A stretch of DNA of 64,000 nt from assembly GCF_009914755.1 (NCBI RefSeq), contig NC_060925.1; one strand, given 5' to 3'. This document shows, piece by piece, positions 1-12,099 of the stretch. This DNA comes from the human T2T-CHM13v2.0 reference genome, Homo sapiens. The notes under the pieces were generated by a model, which was not told the DNA's origin, did no database searches, and worked only from the letters and a program-made list of their open reading frames with translations. How positions within the stretch are numbered: position 1 is the stretch's first letter; the number at the start of each line of letters is the position of its first letter. A program made the position numbers and the translations under genes.

Positions 1-115
1 ATGGTTCGTTTTTACTCTCTTCATAAAATTCTTTTATTTTAAAACTGGTATTCAATATTTTCTATCTGAGCACCTTAATGAAAAAGAAAATCCTTCTGTT
101 ATTTTCTTCCCTCAG

Positions 116-318
116 TGCCCCCAAGCATTAAAGACCATGACAGTGAATCTCTTTCTGTAGTTAATGTAAGAGAGGGAACTTCTGTGTCTTTGGAGTGTGA
201 GTCGAACGCTGTGCCACCTCCAGTCATCACTTGGTATAAGAATGGGCGGATGATAACAGAGTCTACTCATGTGGAGATTTTAGCTGATGGACAAATGCTA
301 CACATTAAGAAAGCTGAG
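116..318 (+). CDS. HMCN1: Exon (~60), Ig domain N-half VPPSIKDH...HIKKAE
   Basis: ctcag acceptor, GAG|gtgcat donor, 203 nt, phase 1-0. Confidence 0.93.
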
Positions 319-604
319 GTGCATCTTTTATTCTTGTTTGAGTGTCATGACACCTTGGTGGGGTGGTGGAAAAGATGCTTGGAAGTTGCATATTCCCTTT
401 TACTACAGTGAAAAATGATTTTCATTAAAAAAATACATAGCCAATGCCATTGACTATTTTTATAAAAAATAGCAAGATTGCAGAAGGCAATTAGAACTGG
501 GGCATTGAGCATACAGATGACTGATGATTTAATCTAAACTCGAACAGTATGATTGGTCATCTATAACTTAATGGAGCACATACAATAGTATCTTTTTCTT
601 TTAG

Positions 605-686
605 GTATCTGACACAGGCCAGTATGTATGTAGAGCTATAAATGTAGCAGGACGGGATGATAAAAATTTCCACCTCAATGTATATG
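605..686 (+). CDS. HMCN1: Exon (~61), Ig C-half VSDTGQYVC...LNVY
   Basis: ttag acceptor, G|gtgagc donor, 82 nt, DxGxYxC motif. Confidence 0.94.
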
Positions 687-787
687 GTGAGCATTTGCCT
701 CTAATACAACTCTTTTTCCCCTAGATATGCAAATGAAAAAAGTGTTCCAAATTAGCTTAATGAGGACAAATGATTTTCTTCTGTTTT

Positions 788-813
788 TTTGTTTGTTTGT
801 TTGTTTGTTTTTT
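788..813. repeat. (GTTT)n microsatellite in acceptor pyrimidine tract
   Basis: Directly visible upstream of exon at 818. Confidence 0.85.
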
Positions 814-817
814 ACAG

Positions 818-949
818 TGCCACCCAGTATTGAAGGACCTGAAAGAGAAGTGATTGTGGAGACGATCAGCAATCCTGTGACATTAACATGTGATGCCACT
901 GGGATCCCACCTCCCACGATAGCATGGTTAAAGAACCACAAGCGCATAG
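818..949 (+). CDS. HMCN1: Exon (~62), Ig N-half VPPSIEGP...NHKRI
   Basis: ttacag acceptor, G|gtaagg donor, 132 nt. Confidence 0.94.
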
Positions 950-1278
950 GTAAGGCAACCATGCATTTTTGTGTGTGTGTGTGTTTTTTTCTCTTGCTCT
1001 TAATTCACTAGACTTTTAAACTAGCACATTTTAAGTACCATGCTCATAGGGGTGTTTAGTTCAAGAAGGCTAACGCACTGAAATACAGATTTACAAAATA
1101 GACTCATTGTAAAATGATTAGTCATTTTATAAAGAATTTTTTCTTTTTTAAAAAAGAAAATGGAGAACTTTTAAGAAATGCATTTATCACGTAAAGTAAG
1201 ACATTTTATCATGAATTTTAGAGATGTTAAAGTTTAAAGGTTTTTTTATGTTTTATTGTGCTTTGTTTCTACCTCTAG

Positions 1279-1428
1279 AAAATTCTGACTCACTGGAAGT
1301 TCGTATTTTGTCTGGAGGTAGCAAACTCCAGATTGCCCGGTCTCAGCATTCAGATAGTGGAAACTATACATGTATTGCTTCAAATATGGAGGGAAAAGCC
1401 CAGAAATATTACTTTCTTTCAATTCAAG
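1279..1428 (+). CDS. HMCN1: Exon (~63), Ig C-half ENSDSLEV...LSIQ
   Basis: ctag acceptor, G|gtatgt donor, 150 nt, DSGNYTC. Confidence 0.93.
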
Positions 1429-2559
1429 GTATGTATTGTCCACTATGATCTATCTTCAATTTCTTTGTTATTCCATTTATAGTACAAAATAATCTACATT
1501 TAAAGGTATCAGTAGTAATTGATTCAACATATCTTTAGATCATCAAAAACTATCATCAGTTTTCTGTCTTATATTTACCAGTAGATTCTGTTTTCATGGA
1601 AATGGACATAAATGTGGAAAAAAGAATAGTGGAAATTTGGTAATCTCTACTTTTTCCAATTTTCCATTTCCACTTCCATTATTATCTTTCTATAGTATAT
1701 ATCTATGGAGTTATACTTATTTTAAACTGGTATAATTCATTTTGATGGTAAGCCTATAGATCTGTTCTTACTTGTATAGATAAGATTTAATTCACAAAGA
1801 AGTTGTACTATGATCTGACCGCAGGTAGATTAGGTAAATTTTAATGAATGATGAATCTTATACTATTTTAAGATGAGCAATTCATCAAGTATTTAATTAA
1901 TGCCTATTATGTTCCAACATAGTATTAAGCATTGCAGGGACAACTTGTTTTCTTTTGATTTTCAGTAAACCTCTGATTATTACATTTGGCTCAGTATTGA
2001 AACTGAAATGAAAGTCTAACTTGAAACTAAGTTGAAATACTTTTTCTTCCAATCTTATAGTTATTAGGGAAAGAATTTCTCATAAATTATGAATTCTACT
2101 ATGAATATTACGTATCTGTTGTGTGCTCTGCTAAAGCTAACTCCAAAAAAATACAATTAGAAGAATTAAGTTCACAGGTATCAGTGGTCTCTCTGTGATG
2201 ATTAGTGATGCTTTGGGATTTCAGAAGCTGAAGGAAAAACAGCTAGTCAGAGATTCAACGTCAGAAGTTGCATATTGAATTATGTCTAATGCATTAATAA
2301 TAACAGATGCTAATCATGAGATATGTTGTAGGACTAAACATTTTACCAGATTTTTATATACTTTATTATGTCTTAGAACTAGAAATAGTATATGCATATA
2401 GGACCTAGTCCAGTGCTTGTCATATATTAGATACTCATTATAGGATGTCTCTTATTACTAATGTTCTTATTGACTCAACTTCTTTAGTACTCTAAATTGT
2501 GCAAAAGTGGTAAAATTATTATTTTCTGAATGACTAAAATTAGATTTATAGAGCTTATT

Positions 2560-2780
2560 CAGTGATGTGCTGGTAAATGTTTAAGAATTTTCTCTCCAGA
2601 CAAAAAGACCATGATTCGTAGCCAATTGTTTGCCAGTCTCCATGGTGTAAATATTCCCACCATGATCTAATATATACAAGATTTCAACCTACCAAAGGGA
2701 TGTTACTGAACATGGAGTGGGGAAAACATGTACAAAATTGGCTTTTGCGACCTGGTGTGAACTACCTTCTGCACATCGCT
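2560..2780 (-). mobile_element. MER63A-like hAT DNA transposon (MITE)
   Basis: Ends cagtgatgtgctgg...gcacatcgct form TIRs; internal ggtgtaaatattcccaccatg resembles recalled MER63 consensus. Confidence 0.7.
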
Positions 2781-3430
2781 ATGATCATATAGAATAGGAA
2801 TTCAAACATGTTTATATCTGATACCATTGGCAGTATTTTTATTACGCAATATTTCTCAGTGAAATCAAAGTGGAAACCAAAGATGGCTAGAAAAAGAGAA
2901 TAGAAACTATTGGCTCTTCAGAACTACAACAAACCTATCCATTGTTCAAAATAAACAATAATTAAATTGAATAATGGAGAAAGAAATAACCAACTTAGAT
3001 AATTTCCTCAGACCTTTATGCCAAGTTTTTATAAGACAGAGTCTATAAGTCTAGTGAATTAAGAGCAAAAGAAAAACACAAAAAAATGCACACTGCCTTA
3101 CCTATGTGCTTGTGGTTCTTTAACTGTACTATCCATTGAGGATTTAATCTAAGAGTAATTTAATTTGGCCAGAAAGGGTGATCATGAGGTAGCTCTATCA
3201 CTAGCCCCTATGACTAAATAATTATATCAACTTACAAATACACCAGAAATATTGAAGCGTTCCTTTATCTTTGTCATTTAAAAGTAATTCATGAAGATAA
3301 CAATAGTTTGACCTTGAACCATAATCTACAAAGAATATGAACTAGAAATGTCATATTGTTTTATGACTCTGTTACATTAGAATTTATATCCTGTGTCTTG
3401 TTAATGAAATTCCTAATTATTTCTCCAAAG

Positions 3431-3590
3431 TTCCTCCAAGTGTTGCTGGTGCTGAAATTCCAAGTGATGTCAGTGTCCTTCTAGGAGAAAATGTTGAGCT
3501 GGTCTGCAATGCAAATGGCATTCCTACTCCACTTATTCAATGGCTTAAAGATGGAAAGCCCATAGCTAGTGGTGAAACAGAAAGAATCCG
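3431..3590 (+). CDS. HMCN1: Exon (~64), Ig N-half VPPSVAGAE...TERIR
   Basis: caaag acceptor, CG|gtatgt donor, 160 nt; absent from ORF track but translates as Ig (LVCNANGIPTPLIQWLKDG). Confidence 0.93.
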
Positions 3591-4030
3591 GTATGTTTAA
3601 AAATAATCTTTCCATTATAAATTGTAAGCCCTTCTACAATGCTTTATGCTTCAAATTTCACATGAATAATAATACCGAATTCCATCCCATTGGAACTTAG
3701 CTATCATTATATTCACAAAGAAACAAAAAACTTTTTTTTGAGAACTGGACATAGACATTCTCGTTAGAGAGTCACTCAGAATTGTGTATGTTTCTCATCC
3801 GTTAACTCTGTAATGTTAATTAACTCATTAACTTTAACTAACTTTAACTCATTAACTGTAATGTTAACTGTTGGTGATTTTATTCTTGTAATTTCAGAAT
3901 GATTATGCTAAAGCCCATGCCATAAAAATAATTAGTTCTTTCCTGCAAATGCCAAACCAACTTTATCTCACAAATGATTCATCAATAATTCTAGATATGA
4001 TTTTGTATGCTGAAACCACCAAACTGTGTA

Positions 4031-4276
4031 CATGCTATAATTGGCTCCTTTTGAGAAAAGATACAATAATGTCATAACTGTTATAGTGGTTTGTTCAGAT
4101 GCCATTTTCAGCTGACACTTGTTACCCATGCAACAAACCACATAGAGATGGGCATGCTATCCTGATTGGCTCATTTTGAGAAAAGATGCAATAATGTCAT
4201 AACTCTCATAATGGTTTGTCCAAATCCCATTTTCAGCTGGCACTTGCTACCCATGCCACAAACCACATAGAGATGG
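4031..4276. repeat. Two-copy ~122-bp tandem duplication
   Basis: 4031-4151 vs 4153-4276; about 11 substitutions plus one small indel by eye. Confidence 0.92.
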
Positions 4277-5806
4277 AATAATAATGTGGTAAAGACCTTG
4301 TACTACTTTCAACAACAAATTCCTTTGGAAGGACAATCTGGAATTTGATATTGTACTAGATTACTTCATCACAAAATCCCATTACCTACACATACCAGAT
4401 TAATTATATGCATAAGTGGGCATTAACTACATGTATTGTAAACTTTAACATTGTGGACCAATATGTAAATTTAAGGGTTTGGAGTATATTTTCTGGTCAA
4501 TAAATTGAACATATATATAACTTAAAGAGATAAATGTTATTTTCTTTGTATTCATTGTGTATTAAAATTTCTAGTCTTTCAGAGGATACATTTTAAGTTT
4601 TATTTCTCTGGTGTGAACATTTTTGAGTAAATAACAAGTGTTTAATTATTTTTGTTAAATCAGCTGGTATTTGCCATATTCCAGACCAAGTACTACATAT
4701 TTGATGGTACCTAAAGATTTTATATGGGCTATAAAGATAAGATCTTTTATATATGATATCTTTTATATAAGATAGTATTCATAGCTAGGAATTTGGAGTC
4801 TATCATTCCTTCTCCTACATTAACATTCTAAATTTACTTATTCTTTTATCTTTATTATTCATTCCATAATATGTATAGATTTGTAGGTAGTACAGTTTGT
4901 CAGTCAACTACAATAGTTTTTCCAAAGTCAATGTACTACCTTTGTTTGATCATGGCAACTTGCTTTTTGCTTATTAATTTAATTAAACTCATGGAATTAA
5001 AAAAATTTTATTTTGAAAAAGAAAAAATACAGCTGTATCCCAGATAATAATATAGCTCTCAATAAACATTTAATAACAAGATATAATAGAAATGGAGCTT
5101 TTACTTTTGACACAGGGTAATTCTAATGAAACCACTATTGTACAAGTAACTGTAGATGGCAATTTAATCTCTACAAAAAACACAGGAAATTTTGATTTGT
5201 AATTAATGGTGTGTGAGGACAACCAATAATGCAATAATCTTAGCTTAGAGATCTTTAATGATCTCATTGTATATTTATCTTTTACTATTATGTAATTCAA
5301 AAGAAAAGCTTTATTTAGCAATTTGTAGAAAAAAAGTTTGCAAAATATAGCCACATATGATACCAAATTGTTGTCACAATTTAAATGATCCTATTGTGTT
5401 TTTTATTAAGGTATTAAGTTGTTTATAACTATATTAAGTTGCTTATAACTAGATTTTTATGTGTAATTTTTTCAGTTTCTCATTGTAACAGTCTTCAATT
5501 TTCATGCCAGAATTTTGTATAACATGCATTTAATTCAAACCTTATATGGATAACTAAGAATATAGTATTCTATCTCAGAGAAAATCATGTCTTTGCCTAT
5601 GATTTGAATAGAGAAGTATTCCTGATTTTGTTCACTTCCTTTTTTTCTTATAAGGAGGTGGTAGATATGAGACTCGCTACTGTAGAATTTCAGTTGGTTG
5701 CTTGAATTTTCCATCACTTTCAGTAACTGATTTTAATAGGCTTTCATGTACTTAGTGAAATAGATTCAATCTCATCTCAGCCCCTCTGTTATGATCTTTT
5801 CCGTAG

Positions 5807-5931
5807 AGTGAGTGCAAATGGCAGCACATTAAACATTTATGGAGCTCTTACATCTGACACGGGGAAATACACATGTGTTGCTACTAATCCCGCTGGAGAA
5901 GAAGACCGAATTTTTAACTTGAATGTCTATG
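5807..5931 (+). CDS. HMCN1: Exon (~65), Ig C-half VSANGSTL...LNVY
   Basis: ccgtag acceptor, G|gtaaat donor, 125 nt, DTGKYTC. Confidence 0.94.
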
Positions 5932-6158
5932 GTAAATATGAAATATCCCCCTCTTTTGATGATGCTGCCTTAAGAATCTACCAGTAGAAGTGAAGGCCCA
6001 GCAGCAGGTGTCTGGAGCATTTAGTTTTAAATTTGATGCCACCACTATTTCCTTTTGGGCTACAATTTTGAAATGAGAGCAATTGTAGTAGAAATTATTT
6101 GAACTAGTATTACATAATACATCCCTCTTCCCTCTCTCTCACTTTCTGCACAACATAG

Positions 6159-6342
6159 TTACACCTACAATTAGGGGTAATAAAGATGAAGCAGAGAAAC
6201 TAATGACTTTAGTGGATACTTCAATAAATATTGAATGCAGAGCCACAGGGACGCCTCCACCACAGATAAACTGGCTGAAGAATGGACTTCCTCTGCCTCT
6301 CTCCTCCCATATCCGGTTACTGGCAGCAGGACAAGTTATCAG
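6159..6342 (+). CDS. HMCN1: Exon (~66), Ig N-half VTPTIRGN...GQVIR
   Basis: catag acceptor, AG|gtcagc donor, 184 nt. Confidence 0.93.
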
Positions 6343-6948
6343 GTCAGCTTTTATTGTGTCTGATTTCCTAAACAGATGAAGTAACTGTGATTGTAGACTT
6401 TTCCTTCATTTAAACAGTGTTGAAGAAATGTTTTTTTCTAAGCCTTTACAGTTTTTTTCCCTTTAAGTATATTTTTAGTAGAGGAAGGACAACAAATATA
6501 CAGTTGAAATGATTTTTTATCCTTATTTAAGTGCTTTCATTTTTTAGTAAATGTGTAAAATGGTCTTTTATAGACAGGTTTGTTATCATATATGTATTTC
6601 CAGGAATTACTGTTTTAGCTAAAACTTTATGTGGCAAGGTAGTAGGAAGATGCCTACTATGATAATGTGATTTTCATGTTAGCAGCATTCTCTATTAATA
6701 TATATTTGAAAAATATTCACCTCTTAAATTGTGCTATATTTTCAGTGGTTTATTGTCACTGCCTAATCAGCTTTGTAGAATAAATTGCATTTGAGGCCCC
6801 TATATTTTGTGATGGATGGCTATAAGCTTCATAATTAAAATTTCCCAACATAAATCACCACCTATAGCCTATTTATAAATCATAATTATTTTATGTGTAC
6901 TTGTTGTATGGGAGCAAGTGATGAAATGTGGATCAAATTGTTTCTCAG

Positions 6949-7046
6949 GATTGTGAGAGCTCAGGTGTCTGATGTCGCTGTGTATACTTGTGTGGCCTCC
7001 AACAGAGCTGGGGTGGATAATAAGCATTACAATCTTCAAGTGTTTG
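6949..7046 (+). CDS. HMCN1: Exon (~67), Ig C-half IVRAQVSDVAVYTC...LQVF
   Basis: ctcag acceptor, G|gtatgt donor, 98 nt. Confidence 0.93.
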
Positions 7047-7915
7047 GTATGTGTCACAGAAATGACCCTATTACTTTGCTATGTCAAGTATTAAGCAACA
7101 GACTTATCTTTAGAAACCGACTTCCTCAGAGATTTAGAAATCTGACTTTATCAAAAAGGATTAGTGAAATAGGATCTTACTGACTAGAGAATGTATTTTC
7201 TTCCAAGGGGTCCATATTATTGGACCATATTGTCTGTTTATCAAAATACTGATCTAGAAATTTGCACTAAATCAAATCTAATTTTTAAAAATAGCATTTC
7301 AATCCAGACACAAGACCAGTCTTTTCATGTAAAGAAAAAGTCAAAACTTTTCTAACAATATTAGCAGCTTGTTTGGAGTATTCAAACTATGAATGGATGC
7401 ATGTGCATATATGCATGTGTGTGTATGCGTATATATGGAGAGAACTCAATACCTTCCATTTCGGAAATATTGAAGTTTGCTGATCCACATTTCTCAATCC
7501 CCAAGAACACCTCAGTTAAGTAACGCTTTATTGTAATCTACAAATGACTTACCCTATAACTTGATATTATTTATACTCTATAGAGTAGTTAAAAGAATAC
7601 TACTAAAACTATTATATACATTACAACAAGTTAAAGGGATAGAGTGAAGAAGTTGAAAAATCACCAAAATTTAAAACACATTGTGCGTTCTGTAAGAAAA
7701 CAATTTTTAAGTTTCATTGCTAATCTTTGGAAGATTAATAATTAGCATTCCTAATAGATATTTTTATTGTAAAGTCCTTAGTTATTATACACAATTTTAA
7801 AGTATATATTTTTATCAACCACAGAAACATTATAGAATTATTCAAATGTTTTAATTTAAATTGATCTCAAATTACAATAGACATCCAAATTTTGCCCATG
7901 TTGTTTTCTATGTAG

Positions 7916-8194
7916 CACCACCAAATATGGACAATTCAATGGGGACAGAGGAAATCACAGTTCTCAAAGGTAGTTCCACCTCTATGGCATGCATTACTGA
8001 TGGAACCCCAGCTCCCAGTATGGCCTGGCTTAGAGATGGCCAGCCTCTGGGGCTTGATGCCCATCTGACAGTCAGCACCCATGGAATGGTCCTGCAGCTC
8101 CTCAAAGCAGAGACTGAAGATTCGGGAAAGTACACCTGCATTGCCTCAAATGAAGCTGGAGAAGTCAGCAAGCACTTTATCCTCAAGGTCCTAG
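7916..8194 (+). CDS. HMCN1: Exon (~68), complete Ig domain APPNMDNS...LKVL
   Basis: tgtag acceptor, G|gtatgt donor, 279 nt, symmetric phase 1. Confidence 0.95.
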
Positions 8195-9264
8195 GTATGT
8201 AAACATTGTGGTAAATGTAGAATAATTGGAAAGTAAGTGATAGTGAATGTTTAGTAAATAAGTATAATTCTGAGAATCAGTTGCTGTGAGAGAATTTTTT
8301 AAAAAATTTTTATTGCATTTTAATTTTTTTTATAATTCACCTTGGCTTACTCTCATCTGAAGCATGTTGAATTTAAATTGTATTTTTTATCTCTCTGAAA
8401 AGATGAAAACTCCAGCTTGTAAAACATTACTCATTGATAAAACCTTATAACCAATTGAGAAGCAGCTTTTTAAACTTTTGCCAAGAATTGAAAACACATC
8501 CGATTATAGAAATTTGATGAAAAAGCATAATAGGTATACTATGATATGTTATCCCTGTCTTTAAATGATCCAGTCTGTACCTTATAGCTGGAATAATCAT
8601 TTCAAATAGTCTAGTTCTATTTATTCTTGTGTGCATTTAAAGTAAATACTTAAAATATGTATTCCAGTGTTCTAAATGCAACAGTTTAAAGAGAAAACAC
8701 TTCTTTTCCTTGAAGTAAAAAATGCTAACCTTGGAAGAGAAAGTAAGATAATGAAACGAAGTATTTCAATAACCAAGAGCTTTTGGCATTTTGCTTGTTT
8801 TTCTCACTGTGAAGTAAGTGAGACTCCATGCTCCTTACATAGCAGAAAATACACCCTATAGAGAAGAGCAAAAATACTTTTGGCAAGAGTCTTGGTTAGG
8901 TAGAAGTTAGCATATGTTTCAGCGTGTGTTATAATCCTTCTCAGAGCAACTATTAAAATTTATTCATGTAACCCTAAAATTCTGCTTCATCCCTAGTTAA
9001 GCTTTATGAGGGCAGATGTCTTCTTACTTACTTCTGCATTCCCAGTGCTTAGCATGACATTTAATACACTAGAGACTATTAATGTGTTATTTGTTGGATT
9101 AAACTGAACCGAACTAGTTACTTTCCAGGTGGATTAAAGGGAGTTTCTTCTGTAGAGGGAAGCAGAACCATATCTAAATAAATGAAGTATGGTTCTCTGG
9201 AGTAGATGTGACTTCCATAGAATGGAGGCCGGTAGTAAAGGAAGTTCTCCAGGATATTTAGGGG

Positions 9265-11989
9265 CAAAAGAAAACTACAACCCAATATCCCTTATCAACA
9301 TAGTTGCAAAAATGCTCAACAAAATACTAGCAAACCAAATTCGACAGTATATTGAAAAGATCATTCACTCTGATCAAGTGGGTTGCATTCCAGGGATGCA
9401 AGGATGTTTTAACATACACAATCAATAAATGTGATACATCACGTTAACAGATAGGACAAAAATCATATGATCATTTCAATAGATGCGAAAAAAGCATTTG
9501 ATGAAATTCAACATTCCTTCATGAGAAAAACCCTCAACAAATTAGGGATAGAAGATACATACCTCAACACAATAAAGACTATTTATGATAAATCCACAGC
9601 TAACATCACACTAAACAGGAAAAAGTTGAAAGCCTTTCCTACAAGGTCTAGCAGAAGATAAGGATGCCCACTTTCTCTACTTCTATTAGACATAGTATTG
9701 AAGTCCTAGCTAGAGCAACAGGCAAAAAAATAAAAGACATCCAAATTCGAAAGGAGGAAGTCAAATGTTCTGTTTGCAGACAGCATAATCTAATATATAG
9801 AAAACCTCTAAAGACTCCACCAGAAAACTCTCAGAAATGATAAACAAATTCAGTAAAGTTGTGACTTAAAAATCACCGTACAAAAATCAGTAGCGTTTCT
9901 ATTTGCCAACAGCAAATTGTCTGAAAAAGAAATCAAGAAAATAATCCCATTTACTGTCAGCCCTGCATATCCATCGGTTCCACATCTGTGGATTCAAACA
10001 ACTGCATATCAAAAATATAATATTCATTGGATGTGGAATCTGCAGATACCGAGGGCCAACTGTGTATCCATGGGTTTCTCAAGGCCTACTGCCGGGCTTG
10101 AGCATCTGCAGATTTTGGTATTCACAGAGGGTCTGGAACCAATCCTCTGCAGAGACTGAGGTACAATAGCTATCAAAAAAAAAAAAGATATGTAAGAATA
10201 AATTTAAACATCAGTGAAAGAAATGGAAAGGAAACAAATAAATGGAAAGATATTTCATGTTTATGGATTGGAAGAATTAATACTATTAAAATGGCTATAC
10301 TCCCAAAACAATCAGATTCAATGCAATTTCTATGAAAATACCATTGGCATTCTTCACTGAATTAGAAAAAAAAAATCTAAAATTTGTATGGAACCACAAA
10401 AGACTCCAAATAACCAAAGCAATCTTGAGTAAAAAGAACAAAGCTGAAGGCAGCAGACTACCTGACTTAAAAATACTACAAAGCTGTATTAATCAAAACA
10501 GCATGCTATTGGCATAAAAACAGACACATAGACCAATTGAACAGAATAAGGAGCTCAGAAATAAATTCATGCATCTACAGCCACCTGATTTTTGACAAAG
10601 GTCCCAAGAACACATACTGGGGAAAGGATAGTCTCTTCAATAAATGGTGCTGGGAAAATTGGGATGTCCACATGCAGAAATATGAAACTAGACCTCTATC
10701 TTTCACTGTATACAAAAATCAACTCAAAATGGATTAAAGAGTTAAATGTAAGATCCCAAACTACGAAACTACTAGATGAAAACACAGAGGAAACACTTCA
10801 TGATATTGGACTAGGCAAGGATTTTTCTGGATAAGAACTCAAAAGCATGGGCAACAAAAGCAAAAATAGACAAATGGTATTATATCAAACAAAAAGCTTC
10901 TGCACAGCTAAGGAAACATTCAACAAAGTGAAGAGACAACCTACAGAATGGGAGAAAATATTTCAAACTATACCTCTAAGGGGTTAATATCCGATATATG
11001 TAAAGAACTTAATAGCAAAAAAACAAAGAGCACAATTTTAAAATGGACAAAAACCTTAACAGACATTTCTCAAAAGATGACATGTAAATGGCCAAGAGGT
11101 ATATGAAAAAAGCCTCAACATTACTAATCATCAAACAAAGGCAAATCAAAACCAAAATGAGATATCACCTCACTCTAGTGAGGATGGGTATGACCAAAAA
11201 GATAAGAGATAACAAGAGTCGGCAAGGATGTGGAGAAAAGGGGACACTTGCACACTGTTGGTGGGATTGTAAGTTAATATAGCCATTATGAAAACAGAGG
11301 TTCCTAAAAAAATTAAGAATAGAACTACCATATGGTTCAGAAATCCCACTACTGGATATATATCCAAAGGAAATGAAATCAGTATGTCAAATAAATCCAT
11401 GTTTATCACAGCACTATTCCCAACAGACAAGATATATAATCAATCTAAATGTTCAACAATGGATGAATGAATAAAGACAATGTAGTAGATATACACAATG
11501 CAGTACTATTCAGCCATAAAAAAGAATGAAATTCTGTCATTTATGACAACATGGATGAACCTGGAGAACATTAAACTATGTGAAATTAGCCAGGCACAGA
11601 AAGAAAATACCACATGATTTCATTCATGTGAAATTTTAAAAAGTTGATCTCATAGAAGTAGTGAATAGGACAGTGGTTACCAAAGACAAGGGAGACAGGG
11701 GGAGTAGGTCAGTGGGTACAAAGTTACAATTAGAAAGGAAGAATGAGTTCTGGTGTTCTATTGCACAGTAGGGTGACTATAGTTAATAATATACTATTGT
11801 ATATCTCAGAGTAGCTAGTAGAGAGGAATTTCAATGCTTTCACCACAAAGAACTGATAAATGTTTGAAGTGATGGAAATGCTAATTACCCTGATTTGATA
11901 ATTACACAATGTATACATGTATGGAAACATCACATTGTACTCCCTAAAGATGCATAATAATTATGTGTCAATGAGAGAAAAAAGAAAAA
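9265..11989 (+). mobile_element. 5'-truncated L1 (L1MA-type), decayed ORF2 RT/C-terminus plus 3' UTR
   Basis: ORF2 peptides ([41 protein letters not shown]); L1MA-like 3' UTR; many stops and frameshifts. Confidence 0.9.
9954..10161 (-). mobile_element. MER2/MER8-like TcMar-Tigger MITE nested in L1
   Basis: TA duplication at 9952-9953 and 10162-10163 interrupts L1 ccattTAcaatagc; internal ggattggttccag and gtggattcaa motifs. Confidence 0.8.
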
Positions 11990-12099
11990 CTGTGTGTCTG
12001 GGAGGTGCAGGGTGGGGTTGGGTAGCAAATTCCTGTACATCAATTCACAGAACATGAGGAGTAAGAGGAGATGACATAATGTGATCCTGTACATTCATT

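Noticed and set aside
3820-3872. Short repeats ttaact/cattaact resembling an array
   Set aside because: Local slippage duplications with no repeat-spacer structure; not CRISPR.
5412-5451. 20-bp tandem duplication tattaagttg(t/c)ttataacta
   Set aside because: Ordinary AT-rich slippage duplication.
9189-11470. Cluster of RT-like ORFs suggesting an active reverse transcriptase system
   Set aside because: Frameshifted, stop-ridden fragments of a dead L1 ORF2.
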